A DNA stretch of 64,000 nt from Actinomycetota bacterium. Its GTDB lineage: Bacteria; Actinomycetota; Thermoleophilia; RBG-16-64-13. The stretch's first letter is position 1. Each line of letters begins with the position of its first letter. The notes beneath the pieces are model-generated. The model worked only from the letters and a program-made list of their open reading frames with translations, was not told the origin of the DNA and searched no databases. This document shows, piece by piece, positions 44,110 to 54,049 of the stretch. The stretch lies in assembly GCA_012523095.1 (NCBI GenBank), contig JAAYJE010000038.1:40244-104243 (forward strand). Direction: 5' to 3'. The position numbers and the translations under genes are program-made.

Positions 44110-45693
44110 ATGAGAAGATCATCACACGTCGGCAGAACGTTGCAGGTGCTGGCAGTCGCGGTTCTCCTTGGTTCAGCAGGCCTAGCCGCAACAGGATGCG
44201 GGTCAGGTGCAGCAGCCGATACCACTATTGCCACCGACCGGACCGTGTCCTCGGCGACCTCGACACCCGTCACCTCTTCGGCAGGTGTTTATGACGCGGC
44301 CGGCTTGTTCGACGACTCTGTGGTCCACCAGATCAGCGTCTCCTTCTCCCAAGACGATTACGACGCGATGATCGAGACTTACAAGAACAGCGATACCAAA
44401 GATTGGATCGAGGCCACGGTCACCATCGACGGTGCCACCTACCAGGACGTCGGTATCCGCCTCAAAGGCAACTCGTCCCTTAGCGGACTCAGGAACGGCC
44501 GCGGCGGAGGCCCGAGTGGCGACATCTCGGCCGACGAGCCCGAGGGGCTGCCTTGGCTCGTGCGTCTCGACAAGTTCGTAGACGGACAGAACCACGATGG
44601 AGTAAAAGAGTTGGTCGTGCGCTCCAACACCTCTGAGACGGCGCTGAACGAGGCCGTCGCGACCGAGCTCCTCGCACTTGCCGGCCTGGCCTCACAGAAG
44701 GCGATCGCCGTCAGTTTCAGCGTCAACGAGAGCGAAGCCGTCCTGCGGCTGGTCATCGAGCATCCGGACGATGTGTGGATGGCGGCCAACTTCAGCATCC
44801 AGGGAGCCCTCTACAAGGCGGAGAGCACCGGGGACTACAGCTACCGCGGCGCCGACCCCGAATCTTACGACGAGGTGTTCGACCAGGAGGCGGGCAAGAA
44901 GAACGCCGATCTGACGCCGCTGATCGACTTCCTGGATTTCCTCAACAACTCCGACGACGTCACCTTCTATTCCACGCTGGTCGAGAGACTGGATGTGGAA
45001 TCGTTCGCCACTTATTTGGCAATGCAGGAACTCATAGCGAACTCCGACGACATCGACGGTCCGGGCAACAACTCCTACTTGTACTACGACCCGGAGAGCG
45101 GCCGGTTCACCGTCGTCGCCTGGGATCACAATCTGGCCTTCGGAGCCATGTCGGAGATGGGCCCGGGCGCGATGGCCCCGGGTGCGGGTGGGAACATCCC
45201 GGACTGGGGAGGCAGCCCCCCTGATGCAGGAGGGGATCTTTCGGATACAGGCGAGATTTTCCCAGAAGCCGGTGCTCGGAACCGAGATGATACCGACCGC
45301 GGCGGCCGTAACCGCGGCGGTCGCGACACCGGCAGTGCACCTCCCGGCGATATGGTCCCCGGCGACATGCCTCCCGGCGGCATGACCCCGGAAGATATGC
45401 CTCCCGGCGACGCACGCACCGACCCTCGGAACGGGGGCTTCGGCGGCAAGAGCAACAAGCTGGTGGAACGATTCCACGCCGACAGCGAGCTGCAGGCACT
45501 CTATGAGGAACGGCTTGCCACTCTGAAAGCGCAGCTGTTCGACTCCGGCGTCGCAGCCGACGTCCTCGCCCGCTGGGTCTCGCTCCTCGAGACCCAAGCT
45601 TCGGATCTGGTCGATGCAGCCACCGTCCAGAGTGAAGCAGCGAAGATCAGCAGCTATTTCACCGGCGACCAGACGACGGGTGGAAAGCCGTGA
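44110..45693 (+). CDS. CotH kinase-family protein, predicted lipoprotein
   Basis: Lipobox LAATGC after the MRRSSHVGRTLQVLAVAVLL signal. CotH-type blocks (..ETALNEAVATELLALAGL.., ..NNSYLYYDPESGRFTVVAWDHNLAFG..). Pro/Gly/Asp-rich C-terminal region. GAAGGA RBS before the ATG at 44110. Confidence 0.7.
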   Translation: MRRSSHVGRTLQVLAVAVLLGSAGLAATGCGSGAAADTTIATDRTVSSATSTPVTSSAGVYDAAGLFDDSVVHQISVSFSQDDYDAMIETYKNSDTKDWIEATVTIDGATYQDVGIRLKGNSSLSGLRNGRGGGPSGDISADEPEGLPWLVRLDKFVDGQNHDGVKELVVRSNTSETALNEAVATELLALAGLASQKAIAVSFSVNESEAVLRLVIEHPDDVWMAANFSIQGALYKAESTGDYSYRGADPESYDEVFDQEAGKKNADLTPLIDFLDFLNNSDDVTFYSTLVERLDVESFATYLAMQELIANSDDIDGPGNNSYLYYDPESGRFTVVAWDHNLAFGAMSEMGPGAMAPGAGGNIPDWGGSPPDAGGDLSDTGEIFPEAGARNRDDTDRGGRNRGGRDTGSAPPGDMVPGDMPPGGMTPEDMPPGDARTDPRNGGFGGKSNKLVERFHADSELQALYEERLATLKAQLFDSGVAADVLARWVSLLETQASDLVDAATVQSEAAKISSYFTGDQTTGGKP

Positions 45694-46778
45694 GAAGACG
45701 ATCGCTCAAACACAGTACCGTGACGGCGGATGACCTACGACGCAGCCCCTGCGAGACCGGGGCAGGAGGGCCGCCCAACCTCCATATCAGTGTCACCAGC
45801 AGTGCGTCGACCGCCCCCCGGCTGCGCGAGCGCGTGGAGCAGAAGTTCTTCATCAGACCGGAGCGCATAGCCATCACGCTCGCCCTTCTCTCAAGGACCT
45901 GCAGACCTGATGGCCTGCACCCCGCCGACCAGGTGAACAGTCTCTACTTCGACACGATCGATCTCGACGAGTACCGCAGGTCGGATGCAGGCGATTCCGC
46001 CAAAGACAAGATCCGCATCCGGTGGTACGGCCGAGACCCCGACCCCAATCTTCGCACCGATGTCGGCGCCGCGCCGGACCACTGGGGGGCGGCGCCGACA
46101 CGCGTGCCGCTGGGACGCGTGCCGCTGGGACGCGTGTCATTAGAAGCCCTCTCTGCAGAAGGCGCCCCCTTCCCAGTCGTCGCGGTGTGGCTTGAGCGCA
46201 AGACCCGTCGCGGTTTCGTTTCGACCAAACAGCGCCGGCCCTTGGAGGTCCCCTCCCCCTCGCTGGAGTTCGCCCGGCTCGGACGGGGGATCGTGCCTCC
46301 TACCCTGCTCGTGAGCACCATGGCCGATTTCGGTCTCTTCGTGCGCGGACGGATGTGTCCGGTGATAGCCATATCCTATTGGCGCTACCGCTTCGTGGAG
46401 CCTTTCACCGGCTTCCGCATCTCCCTGGATTCCCGCGTACGTTCGTCGGTGGTGATGCCGGGGTTCGGCCGAGGAGAACGAGGCCTGGAGCTACCCGGAG
46501 CGGTGGTCGAAGTGAAGGGACCCGTCTTCGCTCTACCGGCCCCTCTTGGGCCGTTGCTCGACATCGGGTCTTCCTGGACCCGGTATTCGAAATACGCATC
46601 CAGCCTCGATGCCCATGCGGCCGACCTGGGTGGCGTGTCGAGAGCCTGGCCCTCTGGGTCTATAGCGAGAGACCTCGGGATCCATTCGCGGGTGACCGAG
46701 CAGACTCCCGTGCTCGGAAGACTCCCCGAGCCGGGGCAGGCGACCGAGCGTGCACTGGAGACCCTGAGCAAGTACTAG
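45690..46778 (+). CDS. VTC-domain (CYTH-like, polyphosphate-polymerase-type) protein
   Basis: ..ERVEQKFFIRPERIAITLALL...VNSLYFDTIDLDEYRRS...DKIRIRWYG.. resembles the bacterial VTC domain. GTGA overlap with the CotH stop. The true start may be the internal GTG near 45835. Contains a 2x15-bp tandem repeat at 46101-46130. Confidence 0.55.
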   Translation: MRRRSLKHSTVTADDLRRSPCETGAGGPPNLHISVTSSASTAPRLRERVEQKFFIRPERIAITLALLSRTCRPDGLHPADQVNSLYFDTIDLDEYRRSDAGDSAKDKIRIRWYGRDPDPNLRTDVGAAPDHWGAAPTRVPLGRVPLGRVSLEALSAEGAPFPVVAVWLERKTRRGFVSTKQRRPLEVPSPSLEFARLGRGIVPPTLLVSTMADFGLFVRGRMCPVIAISYWRYRFVEPFTGFRISLDSRVRSSVVMPGFGRGERGLELPGAVVEVKGPVFALPAPLGPLLDIGSSWTRYSKYASSLDAHAADLGGVSRAWPSGSIARDLGIHSRVTEQTPVLGRLPEPGQATERALETLSKY

Positions 46779-46805
46779 AGAACAGATCGAAAGGACCGCA
46801 AGAGA

Positions 46806-47477
46806 ATGTGGCAAGACATCGTATCGGTGTGGCAGGGGATGCAGTCGTCGCTGGGTTGGACGGAGGCGCTCATAGCCATCGGATTCTCAGTGGTGTTCTC
46901 ACTGATCGTCTACTTCATGTACCAACTGTTCTACGGCTCCAGGCACATCGGCGCCGGGGTGAACCGCATGTTCCTCATGGGCGGGCCTGCCATCACCGTG
47001 CTGTTCTTGGGCATCCAGACATCCATCCCCTTGTCCCTGGGTCTGTTGGGAGCCCTCTCCTTCGTGCGCTTCCGTACTCCCGTCAAGGATCCGGCCGAGA
47101 TCGGCTTCCTCCTCCTGCTCATCGCCTGCTCCATCGGCGCCTCGTCGGGCAACTTCATGGTCACGGCTCTGCTGCTGGTGGGGGTGTTCATTATCCTCGG
47201 CGTCAAATGGCTACTGCGTGATCGGGCGGCGCTCGGAGCGCGGGGGAGCATGATGCTGTCTCTCGACCAGGCCGCCTTCGACGCCGTCGAGAGCAGGGTG
47301 AAAGGAGTGCTGGCGGCCAAGTTCAGGGGTCTGAACCTCGAATCGATGTCGGTGGTCGACGGCCGGGTCAATCTGCAATACCAGTTCAAACAGAAGGCGG
47401 GTTTCGACTGGACGGCTTTCGCCTCCGAGATGAACCGGACGACCGCCCCGGCGACGGTGGAGATATTCGTAGGATGA
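46806..47477 (+). CDS. DUF4956-domain membrane protein
   Basis: Four hydrophobic helices then a soluble C-terminal domain. Its position directly after CotH and VTC matches the known CotH/VTC/DUF4956 neighbourhood. Confidence 0.6.
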   Translation: MWQDIVSVWQGMQSSLGWTEALIAIGFSVVFSLIVYFMYQLFYGSRHIGAGVNRMFLMGGPAITVLFLGIQTSIPLSLGLLGALSFVRFRTPVKDPAEIGFLLLLIACSIGASSGNFMVTALLLVGVFIILGVKWLLRDRAALGARGSMMLSLDQAAFDAVESRVKGVLAAKFRGLNLESMSVVDGRVNLQYQFKQKAGFDWTAFASEMNRTTAPATVEIFVG

Positions 47478-49156
47478 GTGACATTCGTACAGCAAGAAGA
47501 ATCGCTCGGTCGACGCTCGCTGTGACGGTGGCCGCCGTCGTGCTGTTCGGGGCCTTCGGCTGCGGGGACCGAACGGAGCCGACGACCACCACGTCTGTAG
47601 CCACCGCCGGCGACGACAAGACGACGGCAACGACTGTGACCGCCGTGACGGCAATCGCCTCAGAACCCACGTTCGCCGCTTTCGCTGAAGAAGACCTGAG
47701 CGACACCTGGGACTCTGCCACGGCTTCCTTGGTCATCCTGGCCGGCGACTCGATCCGGTTCGAAGGCAGAGGCGCCACGGTGGCCGGGAGCAGGCTCACC
47801 ATCACGTCCCCCGGCACCTACGTGATCAGCGGCGTCCTCGATGGCGGACAGATCCTGGTGGAATCGGAAGACAAGGGTAGCGTCAGGCTGGTGCTGAAGG
47901 GAGCGGACATCTCGTGCTCCACCAGCGCCCCCATCCACGTACTGAGCGCCGGTAAGACCATCATCACCCTTGCCGAGGGGACCGAGAACCGGGTGAGCGA
48001 TGACGCTTCCGGCAGACCCGAGGAGGCCGGATCAGATGATCCCAACGCAGCCATCTTCAGCAAGGACGACCTGACGATCAACGGTTCCGGCTCGCTCACG
48101 GTCTCGGCCCGCTACAACAACGGCATCGCCACCAAGGACGACCTCAGGATCGCCGGTGGCTCCATCACGGTGGAGGCGGCCAACGACGCCCTCAAGGGAC
48201 GGGACAGCATCGGAGTGCGCGCGGGGACCATCACCGTGGATGCCGGCGGAGACGGCCTCCAGGCGAACAACAGTGACGACCTGAACAAGGGCTATGTCTC
48301 CATCGAAGGCGGCGTCTTCGACATCATCGCCGGCTCCGACGGCATCCAGGCCGAGACCACACTGGTCGTCAGCGGTGGCGACCTCAGCATCTCGACCGGC
48401 GGGACCACAGCGGACGACTCCACCAGCGCCAAGGGGCTCAAAGCCGGCACCGGAGTGTTCGTGACGGGCGGCGCCTTCGTCATCGACTCATCCGACGATG
48501 CCGTTCATTCTGACGGTGTCGTGAAGATCGATGGAGGGATCCTCGAGATCGCGTCCGGCGATGATGGGATCCACGCCGACAAGACGCTCGAGATCAACGG
48601 CGGCTACATCACGATAGATTCGGGTGGCGACGGCTTGGATTGCAACGGACCCGTCTTCATGACCGGTGGCACGGTCATCATCAACGGTCCGGCCGACGAC
48701 CGTGACGGCGCCCTCGACTATCTGAGTGAGTTCACAATCACCGGTGGATACTTGGTGGCGGTGGGCAGTTCGGGCATGGCCGAGACGCCCAGCGAGACGT
48801 CCGGTCAGCACTCCATCATGGTGAATCTCGACCAGGCCCAGAAGGCCGGGACCCTCATCCACATCGAGAGCACCATGGACGAGGACATCCTGACCATGGC
48901 TCCCACCAAGCAGTTCCAGTCGGTGGTGCTCTCTTCCCCGGCCATCGAAGCCGGCGAGACCTACAAAGTCTATCTGGGCGGCACTTCGACCGGCACGGTC
49001 ACCGACACCGTCTATTCCGACGGGACGTACACGCCCGGCACTGAATATGTCAGCCTCACCATCGAGGGGATGGTCACCGTCGTCGGCGCGGGCGGAGGCA
49101 TGGATCGCGGTGGGCGGCCCGACGGCGGTGGGCGGTCGAGCGGCGGGCGCCCGTGA
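47474..49156 (+). CDS. beta-helix repeat carbohydrate-binding-domain lipoprotein (Cthe_2159/PF14262-like)
   Basis: Lipobox FGAFGC, Thr-rich linker, then many ~22-aa repeats with DGIxA / GGD motifs and a Gly/Arg-rich tail. ATGA overlap with the upstream gene. Confidence 0.5.
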   Translation: MSDIRTARRIARSTLAVTVAAVVLFGAFGCGDRTEPTTTTSVATAGDDKTTATTVTAVTAIASEPTFAAFAEEDLSDTWDSATASLVILAGDSIRFEGRGATVAGSRLTITSPGTYVISGVLDGGQILVESEDKGSVRLVLKGADISCSTSAPIHVLSAGKTIITLAEGTENRVSDDASGRPEEAGSDDPNAAIFSKDDLTINGSGSLTVSARYNNGIATKDDLRIAGGSITVEAANDALKGRDSIGVRAGTITVDAGGDGLQANNSDDLNKGYVSIEGGVFDIIAGSDGIQAETTLVVSGGDLSISTGGTTADDSTSAKGLKAGTGVFVTGGAFVIDSSDDAVHSDGVVKIDGGILEIASGDDGIHADKTLEINGGYITIDSGGDGLDCNGPVFMTGGTVIINGPADDRDGALDYLSEFTITGGYLVAVGSSGMAETPSETSGQHSIMVNLDQAQKAGTLIHIESTMDEDILTMAPTKQFQSVVLSSPAIEAGETYKVYLGGTSTGTVTDTVYSDGTYTPGTEYVSLTIEGMVTVVGAGGGMDRGGRPDGGGRSSGGRP

Positions 49157-49210
49157 TCGGCAAGGCGGAGCGCCTGACGCGGGTGCGCAGCGTGCGCCGC
49201 CGCCGGCCGT

Positions 49211-50011
49211 TCACCACGGCGGCAGCCCCTGCTCCATGAGGGCGCGAAGATCGAACATACTCCGCTGGCTCACCGTGATGACACCGCGGTAGGGACGGTC
49301 GAAGTCCATGATGACGAAAAGGACGACCGCTACCACCGCCGCAAGGATCAGTGTGGCGGTCAACGAGCGCCCCCCGGTGATGCCCGATAGGTAGCCGATG
49401 ATGCCCATCACGGCGAAGGATACGACCATGATCATGTACAGAACTGACTCAGGCACATGGTTGCGAAGTCCGGCGTCCCGGCGGGCGGCCGAATCGTTCA
49501 TCTCGTTCAACGCCTCAAGGTAGAGGCCGGCGGTCACCGCCCCCGGGTCATCCTGAGCGGTCCTCACACCGAGAGACCACAACTCGTGCCGCAGGGGGAC
49601 CTCCTTCTTCGCCATCTCAGACAGACCCTTCAGATACCAGTCGGGACGGGCCAGTTCCAGGCGCACGTCCAGATACTCTTGGAACACGTCCACCGCGTGC
49701 GCCTGTTCGGATTCCGGCAGAAGCGCGGCCCGCAGGAAGGCGGTGCCGATGGCGTTGGATTCGTCCGTCACCGCGGCTTGACGGTCCTCGAAGCGGGAGA
49801 CGGCCATCGAGACGGTGAAGGCAAGAAGTAGGCCGAGCAGGGCGGCCACCATGGCCTGGACATAGACGTAGTGGTCCTTGCGGCGACTGCCCGCGACCGC
49901 ACGGCGGCGGCTCAGTCGATAGGCCCCCTCCGCCACGGCAAAACAGACCACCATGAAGACCAGGGCAACGACCCAGCTTTTGGTCCCGAACAAGAAAGTG
50001 AAAGAATCCAT
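49211..50011 (-). CDS. hypothetical membrane protein (two N-terminal and two C-terminal TM helices; DUF4239-like topology)
   Basis: ATG at 50011 (MDSFTFLF...) chosen; the track start at 50095 is rejected. Family recalled from topology only. Confidence 0.4.
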   Translation of the reverse strand: MDSFTFLFGTKSWVVALVFMVVCFAVAEGAYRLSRRRAVAGSRRKDHYVYVQAMVAALLGLLLAFTVSMAVSRFEDRQAAVTDESNAIGTAFLRAALLPESEQAHAVDVFQEYLDVRLELARPDWYLKGLSEMAKKEVPLRHELWSLGVRTAQDDPGAVTAGLYLEALNEMNDSAARRDAGLRNHVPESVLYMIMVVSFAVMGIIGYLSGITGGRSLTATLILAAVVAVVLFVIMDFDRPYRGVITVSQRSMFDLRALMEQGLPPW

Positions 50012-50217
50012 GACCTTCGTCCCTTCGCAGCCTCCCGCGCCCTCCACTCGAGGGCGTCCGCGGTTCTTCTTATGCCCGCTGCGCAGCCTGTTCACACGGG
50101 ACTGCGAGATTCACACGGGCGGCCGGGCTCGGATCGTACCCCTGGACGGACCGATGATCCCGATCAGGCCCGGAAAGTGGTATGATTTTATCAATCGAGC
50201 GATTCATCGATGGGAGC

Positions 50218-50529
50218 ATGGAAGTCGTGGAACATGTGCTGAGCGCCACAGAGGCACGCGTCCGTTTCGGCGAGTTGCTACGGCGCGTGACCGAACAGAA
50301 CGAGACGGTGGTGGTCGAACGCGGGGGCGTCCCCCAGGCGGTGGTGATGAGCATGGCCGAGTACCAGCGGCTCTCCGTGAAGCAGACCCCTGGAGGTTGG
50401 CGCAGCCTCGCACGCACAGCCCATGACAAGGCCATGAAGGAGCTGAGAGGCAGACCCGCTCACCGACCTGAAGACATGCTCGAACAAGCACGCAAAGAAC
50501 GCGATGGTCGACTCAGTAGTCTGCGTTGA
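50218..50529 (+). CDS. Phd/YefM family type II antitoxin
   Basis: MEVVEHVLSATEARVRFGELLRRVTEQNETVVVERGGVPQAVVMSMAEYQRL fits the Phd/YefM N-terminal fold. The start is ambiguous (50182, 50218 or 50230). Confidence 0.55.
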   Translation: MEVVEHVLSATEARVRFGELLRRVTEQNETVVVERGGVPQAVVMSMAEYQRLSVKQTPGGWRSLARTAHDKAMKELRGRPAHRPEDMLEQARKERDGRLSSLR

Positions 50530-50956
50530 TGCCTGCCTGATCGCCCGCCTGTTCGTCGGACCAGACGATGCCCGCACCTGGGAGCTCTTCGACACCTGGA
50601 CCGCACAGGGGACACTCATATGCGCCCCTTCGCTATTGGTCTACGAACTCACTGACGCCTTATACCGGTACCACAGGGCCGGTCTGCTGAGCCAAGCGAC
50701 CCTGCAGCTCGTGATCGACGCGGTGGAAAGCCTCCCTCTCGCGCTCGAGCCCTTCACCACCTTGGTGAAGCCGGCCGTCCGCCTCGCTTCGACCCTTGGG
50801 CTTAGCTCCACCTACGATGCGTACTACTTGGCGCTCGCAGAGCGGCTGGACACCGAGCTTTGGACGGCCGCTGCCCGACTCAAACAACGAGTGGGCGACC
50901 GAGGTCCCCGTATCCGGCTGGTGAGTGAGACGGCGGCTCCACACCGAAGACCCTAG
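50504..50956 (+). CDS. PIN-domain toxin (VapC-like)
   Basis: N-terminal VVCVDACLIARLF with conserved acidic residues later (..YDAYYLALAERLD..). It overlaps the antitoxin 3' end. Confidence 0.55.
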   Translation: MVDSVVCVDACLIARLFVGPDDARTWELFDTWTAQGTLICAPSLLVYELTDALYRYHRAGLLSQATLQLVIDAVESLPLALEPFTTLVKPAVRLASTLGLSSTYDAYYLALAERLDTELWTAAARLKQRVGDRGPRIRLVSETAAPHRRP

Positions 50957-51075
50957 CCGTCCACTCCCGACGGCTCAGACACGCAGCCAGGGCCACGAGC
51001 GTCCCCACGTCGAGGGCTCCCTGGATGATCTGAGCATCCTGCCACCACCGCCGCCTTCCGAGGCGCCGGGCCTGG

Positions 51076-51510
51076 TCAGTCCTCCTGCAGCGGCTCTATG
51101 GCGGCGAAGAAGTCCCGCAACTGCCGGAGTCGCTCGTCGGAGAGACCGTCCAGCAGCTTCATCCCCTTGGCGAGTACGATGCCGCCCAGCTCATCGACCA
51201 ACGCGTGACCGGCATCGGTGGGGGTGAGCAACCGTATCCGCCGGTCATCAGGGTTTTCCCGGCGGTCGATCAAACCTCGGTCGACGAGCCGCTGGGTGAT
51301 GCCCGTGGCCACGTTGGGCCTGATGTCCAGCGCCTCCGCCACCCTGCTAACGGGTGTCTCCTGCTGGGCGAAGATGAACGCGAACGCGCGGATCTGCTGG
51401 ATGGTGAGTTCGTAATCGAGCAGCGACGAAGTCTGCTCCGGCAGACTCACCGCCAGCAGGCGGAGCCAGACGGCGCCGATCTCCTGCTTCAGTCGGTCCC
51501 GCTCGGTCAT
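51076..51510 (-). CDS. MarR family transcriptional regulator
   Basis: wHTH ..PVSRVAEALDIRPNVATGITQRLVDRGLIDRRENPDDRRIRLLTPTDAG.. Confidence 0.8.
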   Translation of the reverse strand: MTERDRLKQEIGAVWLRLLAVSLPEQTSSLLDYELTIQQIRAFAFIFAQQETPVSRVAEALDIRPNVATGITQRLVDRGLIDRRENPDDRRIRLLTPTDAGHALVDELGGIVLAKGMKLLDGLSDERLRQLRDFFAAIEPLQED

Positions 51511-51745
51511 GGCCCAAGTGCCTCCTGGTCGGCGCCGGCAGCATCTCCCTCGGCTGCATGCCTACGTACTTTTATACACCTCAGATAGACAGTACACTAC
51601 TATGATATGAACTGCGGGTAGCGATGGTGTCGTGATGTCGTCGCCTCGACGGCGCTTTGACGCTCCCACAGGGCATCACATCGATGATAGCAGCAAGGTG
51701 CCGCGCTCCGGCGATGAGCTACCGAACGACCAAGGAGCAGCCAGG

Positions 51746-53989
51746 ATGAGGGTCACCGAACGGATAGGCAGGATCGTCGAACGCCACGCGTTGGCCATCC
51801 TCATCGTCGTCGTGGTCCTTTCAGCGTTGGCGGCGTGGGGCGTGAGCAGGATATCGGTCATCACCACGCAGGACACCTTCCTTTCGCCGAAGAGCGAGGC
51901 CTTCCAGGGACACAAAGCCTACGAGGAGACCTTCGGCGGCGACTCCATGCTGATACTCGTCCCGGGGTCGCCTTTGCAGCTGGCCACCCCAGAAGCCCTG
52001 CAGAGCTTCACCGAACTCGAAGCGACACTCGAAGCCGATCCGAAGATCCTCTCGGTGCTGAGCCCGCTCACGCTCCTGGAAGGAGCCTCCGCACAGGCCG
52101 ATCTGGATCTCAGCGACCCCGCCGCCCTTCTCGAGGCCGCCTTCGCCGACGAGTCTCTACTCACGCAACTCGAGCGCTTCTTCCGCAACAACCACGCCCT
52201 TGTCGTGGTGCGCTTGGCCGGCGGTCTGACCACCGACGAACAGTCTGAGGCCGTGCGCTCCATCCAGGCCGCCGTCGATGCCGCTCCCTTCGCTGCCGAC
52301 GCCATCGTGGCCGGCAACCCCCGGATGATCTCAGACATAACTTCAGCCATCTTCTCCGGTCTCATCCAGACCGGGGTGATCGCGGTCGTACTCATGGTGC
52401 TCATCCTCTTCATAGCCTTCCCCGCCCGCTGGCGCCTGCTGTCACTCCCCCTGGTGCTGCTGGGCGTACTCTGGACCTTCGGCGTCGCCTCCGGCGCGGG
52501 TGTCCCCCTGACCTTGGTGACCCTGGCCGGCCTGCCGGTACTGATCGGCCTGGGAGTCGACTTCGGCATCCAGTTCCACAACCGCTACGAAGAAGAGATG
52601 CGGCGGGGACAAGCACCTGCCGAGGCCCTCAAGACCTCCGTCTCGCGCATCGCCCCCACCATGGGAGTGGCTGTGACGGTGATGGTGTTGGGCTTCATGA
52701 CTCTCCTCATCTCGACCATCCCTGCCGTGAAGGATTTCGGCGTGCTGCTGGCTATCGGAGCGGCGGTGCTTTACGTCGTATCCCTGTTCGTTCTGAACGC
52801 CTTCCTCTATCGGTTCGATCGTCGGCCGCGGATCGTCACCGTCAAGGCGGACGTAGGTCTTGCCCGCAGACTGCTCGCTAAGGATTGGTTGTGTCTGGGG
52901 AGGGCCCTCCCTGCGGTCGCGCGCTGGTCCCGGCGCCGGGCCGTCTGGGTGATATTGGTGGCCGTGGCCTTGGCCGCCTTCGGTTTCGCCATCGACAGAG
53001 ACCTCGACGTCCAGGCCGACATCGAGAAGCTCATCCCTACAGACACGCCGGGGGTCGTGGCCCTCAACCAGGCCCGCCAGGTAGTCGGCAGCGGCATCGA
53101 CCTCCCGGTTCTCATCCAGGCCCCGGACGTCACTGCGCCGTCGTTCTTGGAATGGCTGGTCCGCTTCCAGACCGAGGCACTGACGTCCCACCCGGAGGTC
53201 GTCTCGGCCGACAGTGTGGTCGGGGTACTCGGCCTTGAGCCGGGGGAGCCGGCCCCACCCGCGGACGAAGTGGCCGCGGCCCTCGACATGCTGCCCCAAG
53301 AGATGCGCGACGGCTTGGTGAGTGCGGATGGGACCAAAGCCTCTTTCACTTTCACCATGGCTGACATGGAGATGGCCACGCTGAACGACCTGATAGACGA
53401 TCTCACCACCGCGGCCGACCTGCCTGCCGGAGTGAGCCTGACGACCGGAGGCGCCGCCACCCTGACCGCGCGGACGGTAGAAGCCTTCGCCCAGAATCGA
53501 GGACTGGTGACGGCGATGGGCATCCTCGTCGTACTCTTGGGGCTGCTCGCCATCTACCGCAACTGGCGGCGCGCCGTCATCGCGGTGGTCCCCATAGTGC
53601 TGGTGACGGGCTGGTCTTCGGCCCTCATGTGGGTGGCGGGCATAGACCTCAGTCCGCTCACCGCCGTGCTCGGAGCCCTTGTCATCGCCATCGGGACGGA
53701 GTTCACGGTCCTCCTCCTCAGTCGTTATTGGGAAGAAAGGGGCAAAGGCAACGGACACGCCCTCGCCATGGAGGAAGCCGTGGCCAAGGTGGGCCGGGCC
53801 ATCACCGCCTCGGCCCTCACCGTGGCCGCCGGCTTCGGAGCCCTCATCGCCTCGTCGTTCCCCGCCCTGCGCGACTTCGGCATCGTGACTGTGGTGGATG
53901 TGGTCTTCGCCCTCATAGTGACGTTGACCGTGGTGCCCGCGTTGGTGCGCTGGCTCGACCGGGAGAAGACCCCGACGTCGGCAGGATGA
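51746..53989 (+). CDS. MMPL/RND-superfamily (HAE3-type) transporter
   Basis: Two 6-TM bundles, each followed by a large loop; RND-type. ATG at 51746 with AAGGAG RBS; the track start at 51632 is rejected. Divergent from the MarR gene. Confidence 0.8.
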   Translation: MRVTERIGRIVERHALAILIVVVVLSALAAWGVSRISVITTQDTFLSPKSEAFQGHKAYEETFGGDSMLILVPGSPLQLATPEALQSFTELEATLEADPKILSVLSPLTLLEGASAQADLDLSDPAALLEAAFADESLLTQLERFFRNNHALVVVRLAGGLTTDEQSEAVRSIQAAVDAAPFAADAIVAGNPRMISDITSAIFSGLIQTGVIAVVLMVLILFIAFPARWRLLSLPLVLLGVLWTFGVASGAGVPLTLVTLAGLPVLIGLGVDFGIQFHNRYEEEMRRGQAPAEALKTSVSRIAPTMGVAVTVMVLGFMTLLISTIPAVKDFGVLLAIGAAVLYVVSLFVLNAFLYRFDRRPRIVTVKADVGLARRLLAKDWLCLGRALPAVARWSRRRAVWVILVAVALAAFGFAIDRDLDVQADIEKLIPTDTPGVVALNQARQVVGSGIDLPVLIQAPDVTAPSFLEWLVRFQTEALTSHPEVVSADSVVGVLGLEPGEPAPPADEVAAALDMLPQEMRDGLVSADGTKASFTFTMADMEMATLNDLIDDLTTAADLPAGVSLTTGGAATLTARTVEAFAQNRGLVTAMGILVVLLGLLAIYRNWRRAVIAVVPIVLVTGWSSALMWVAGIDLSPLTAVLGALVIAIGTEFTVLLLSRYWEERGKGNGHALAMEEAVAKVGRAITASALTVAAGFGALIASSFPALRDFGIVTVVDVVFALIVTLTVVPALVRWLDREKTPTSAG

Positions 53990-54049
53990 GCGGCCGGTCG
54001 GAAGTTGTGAACGTGAACCTTTCCGCCCTCTTGAACGTTCTATTGGTAG

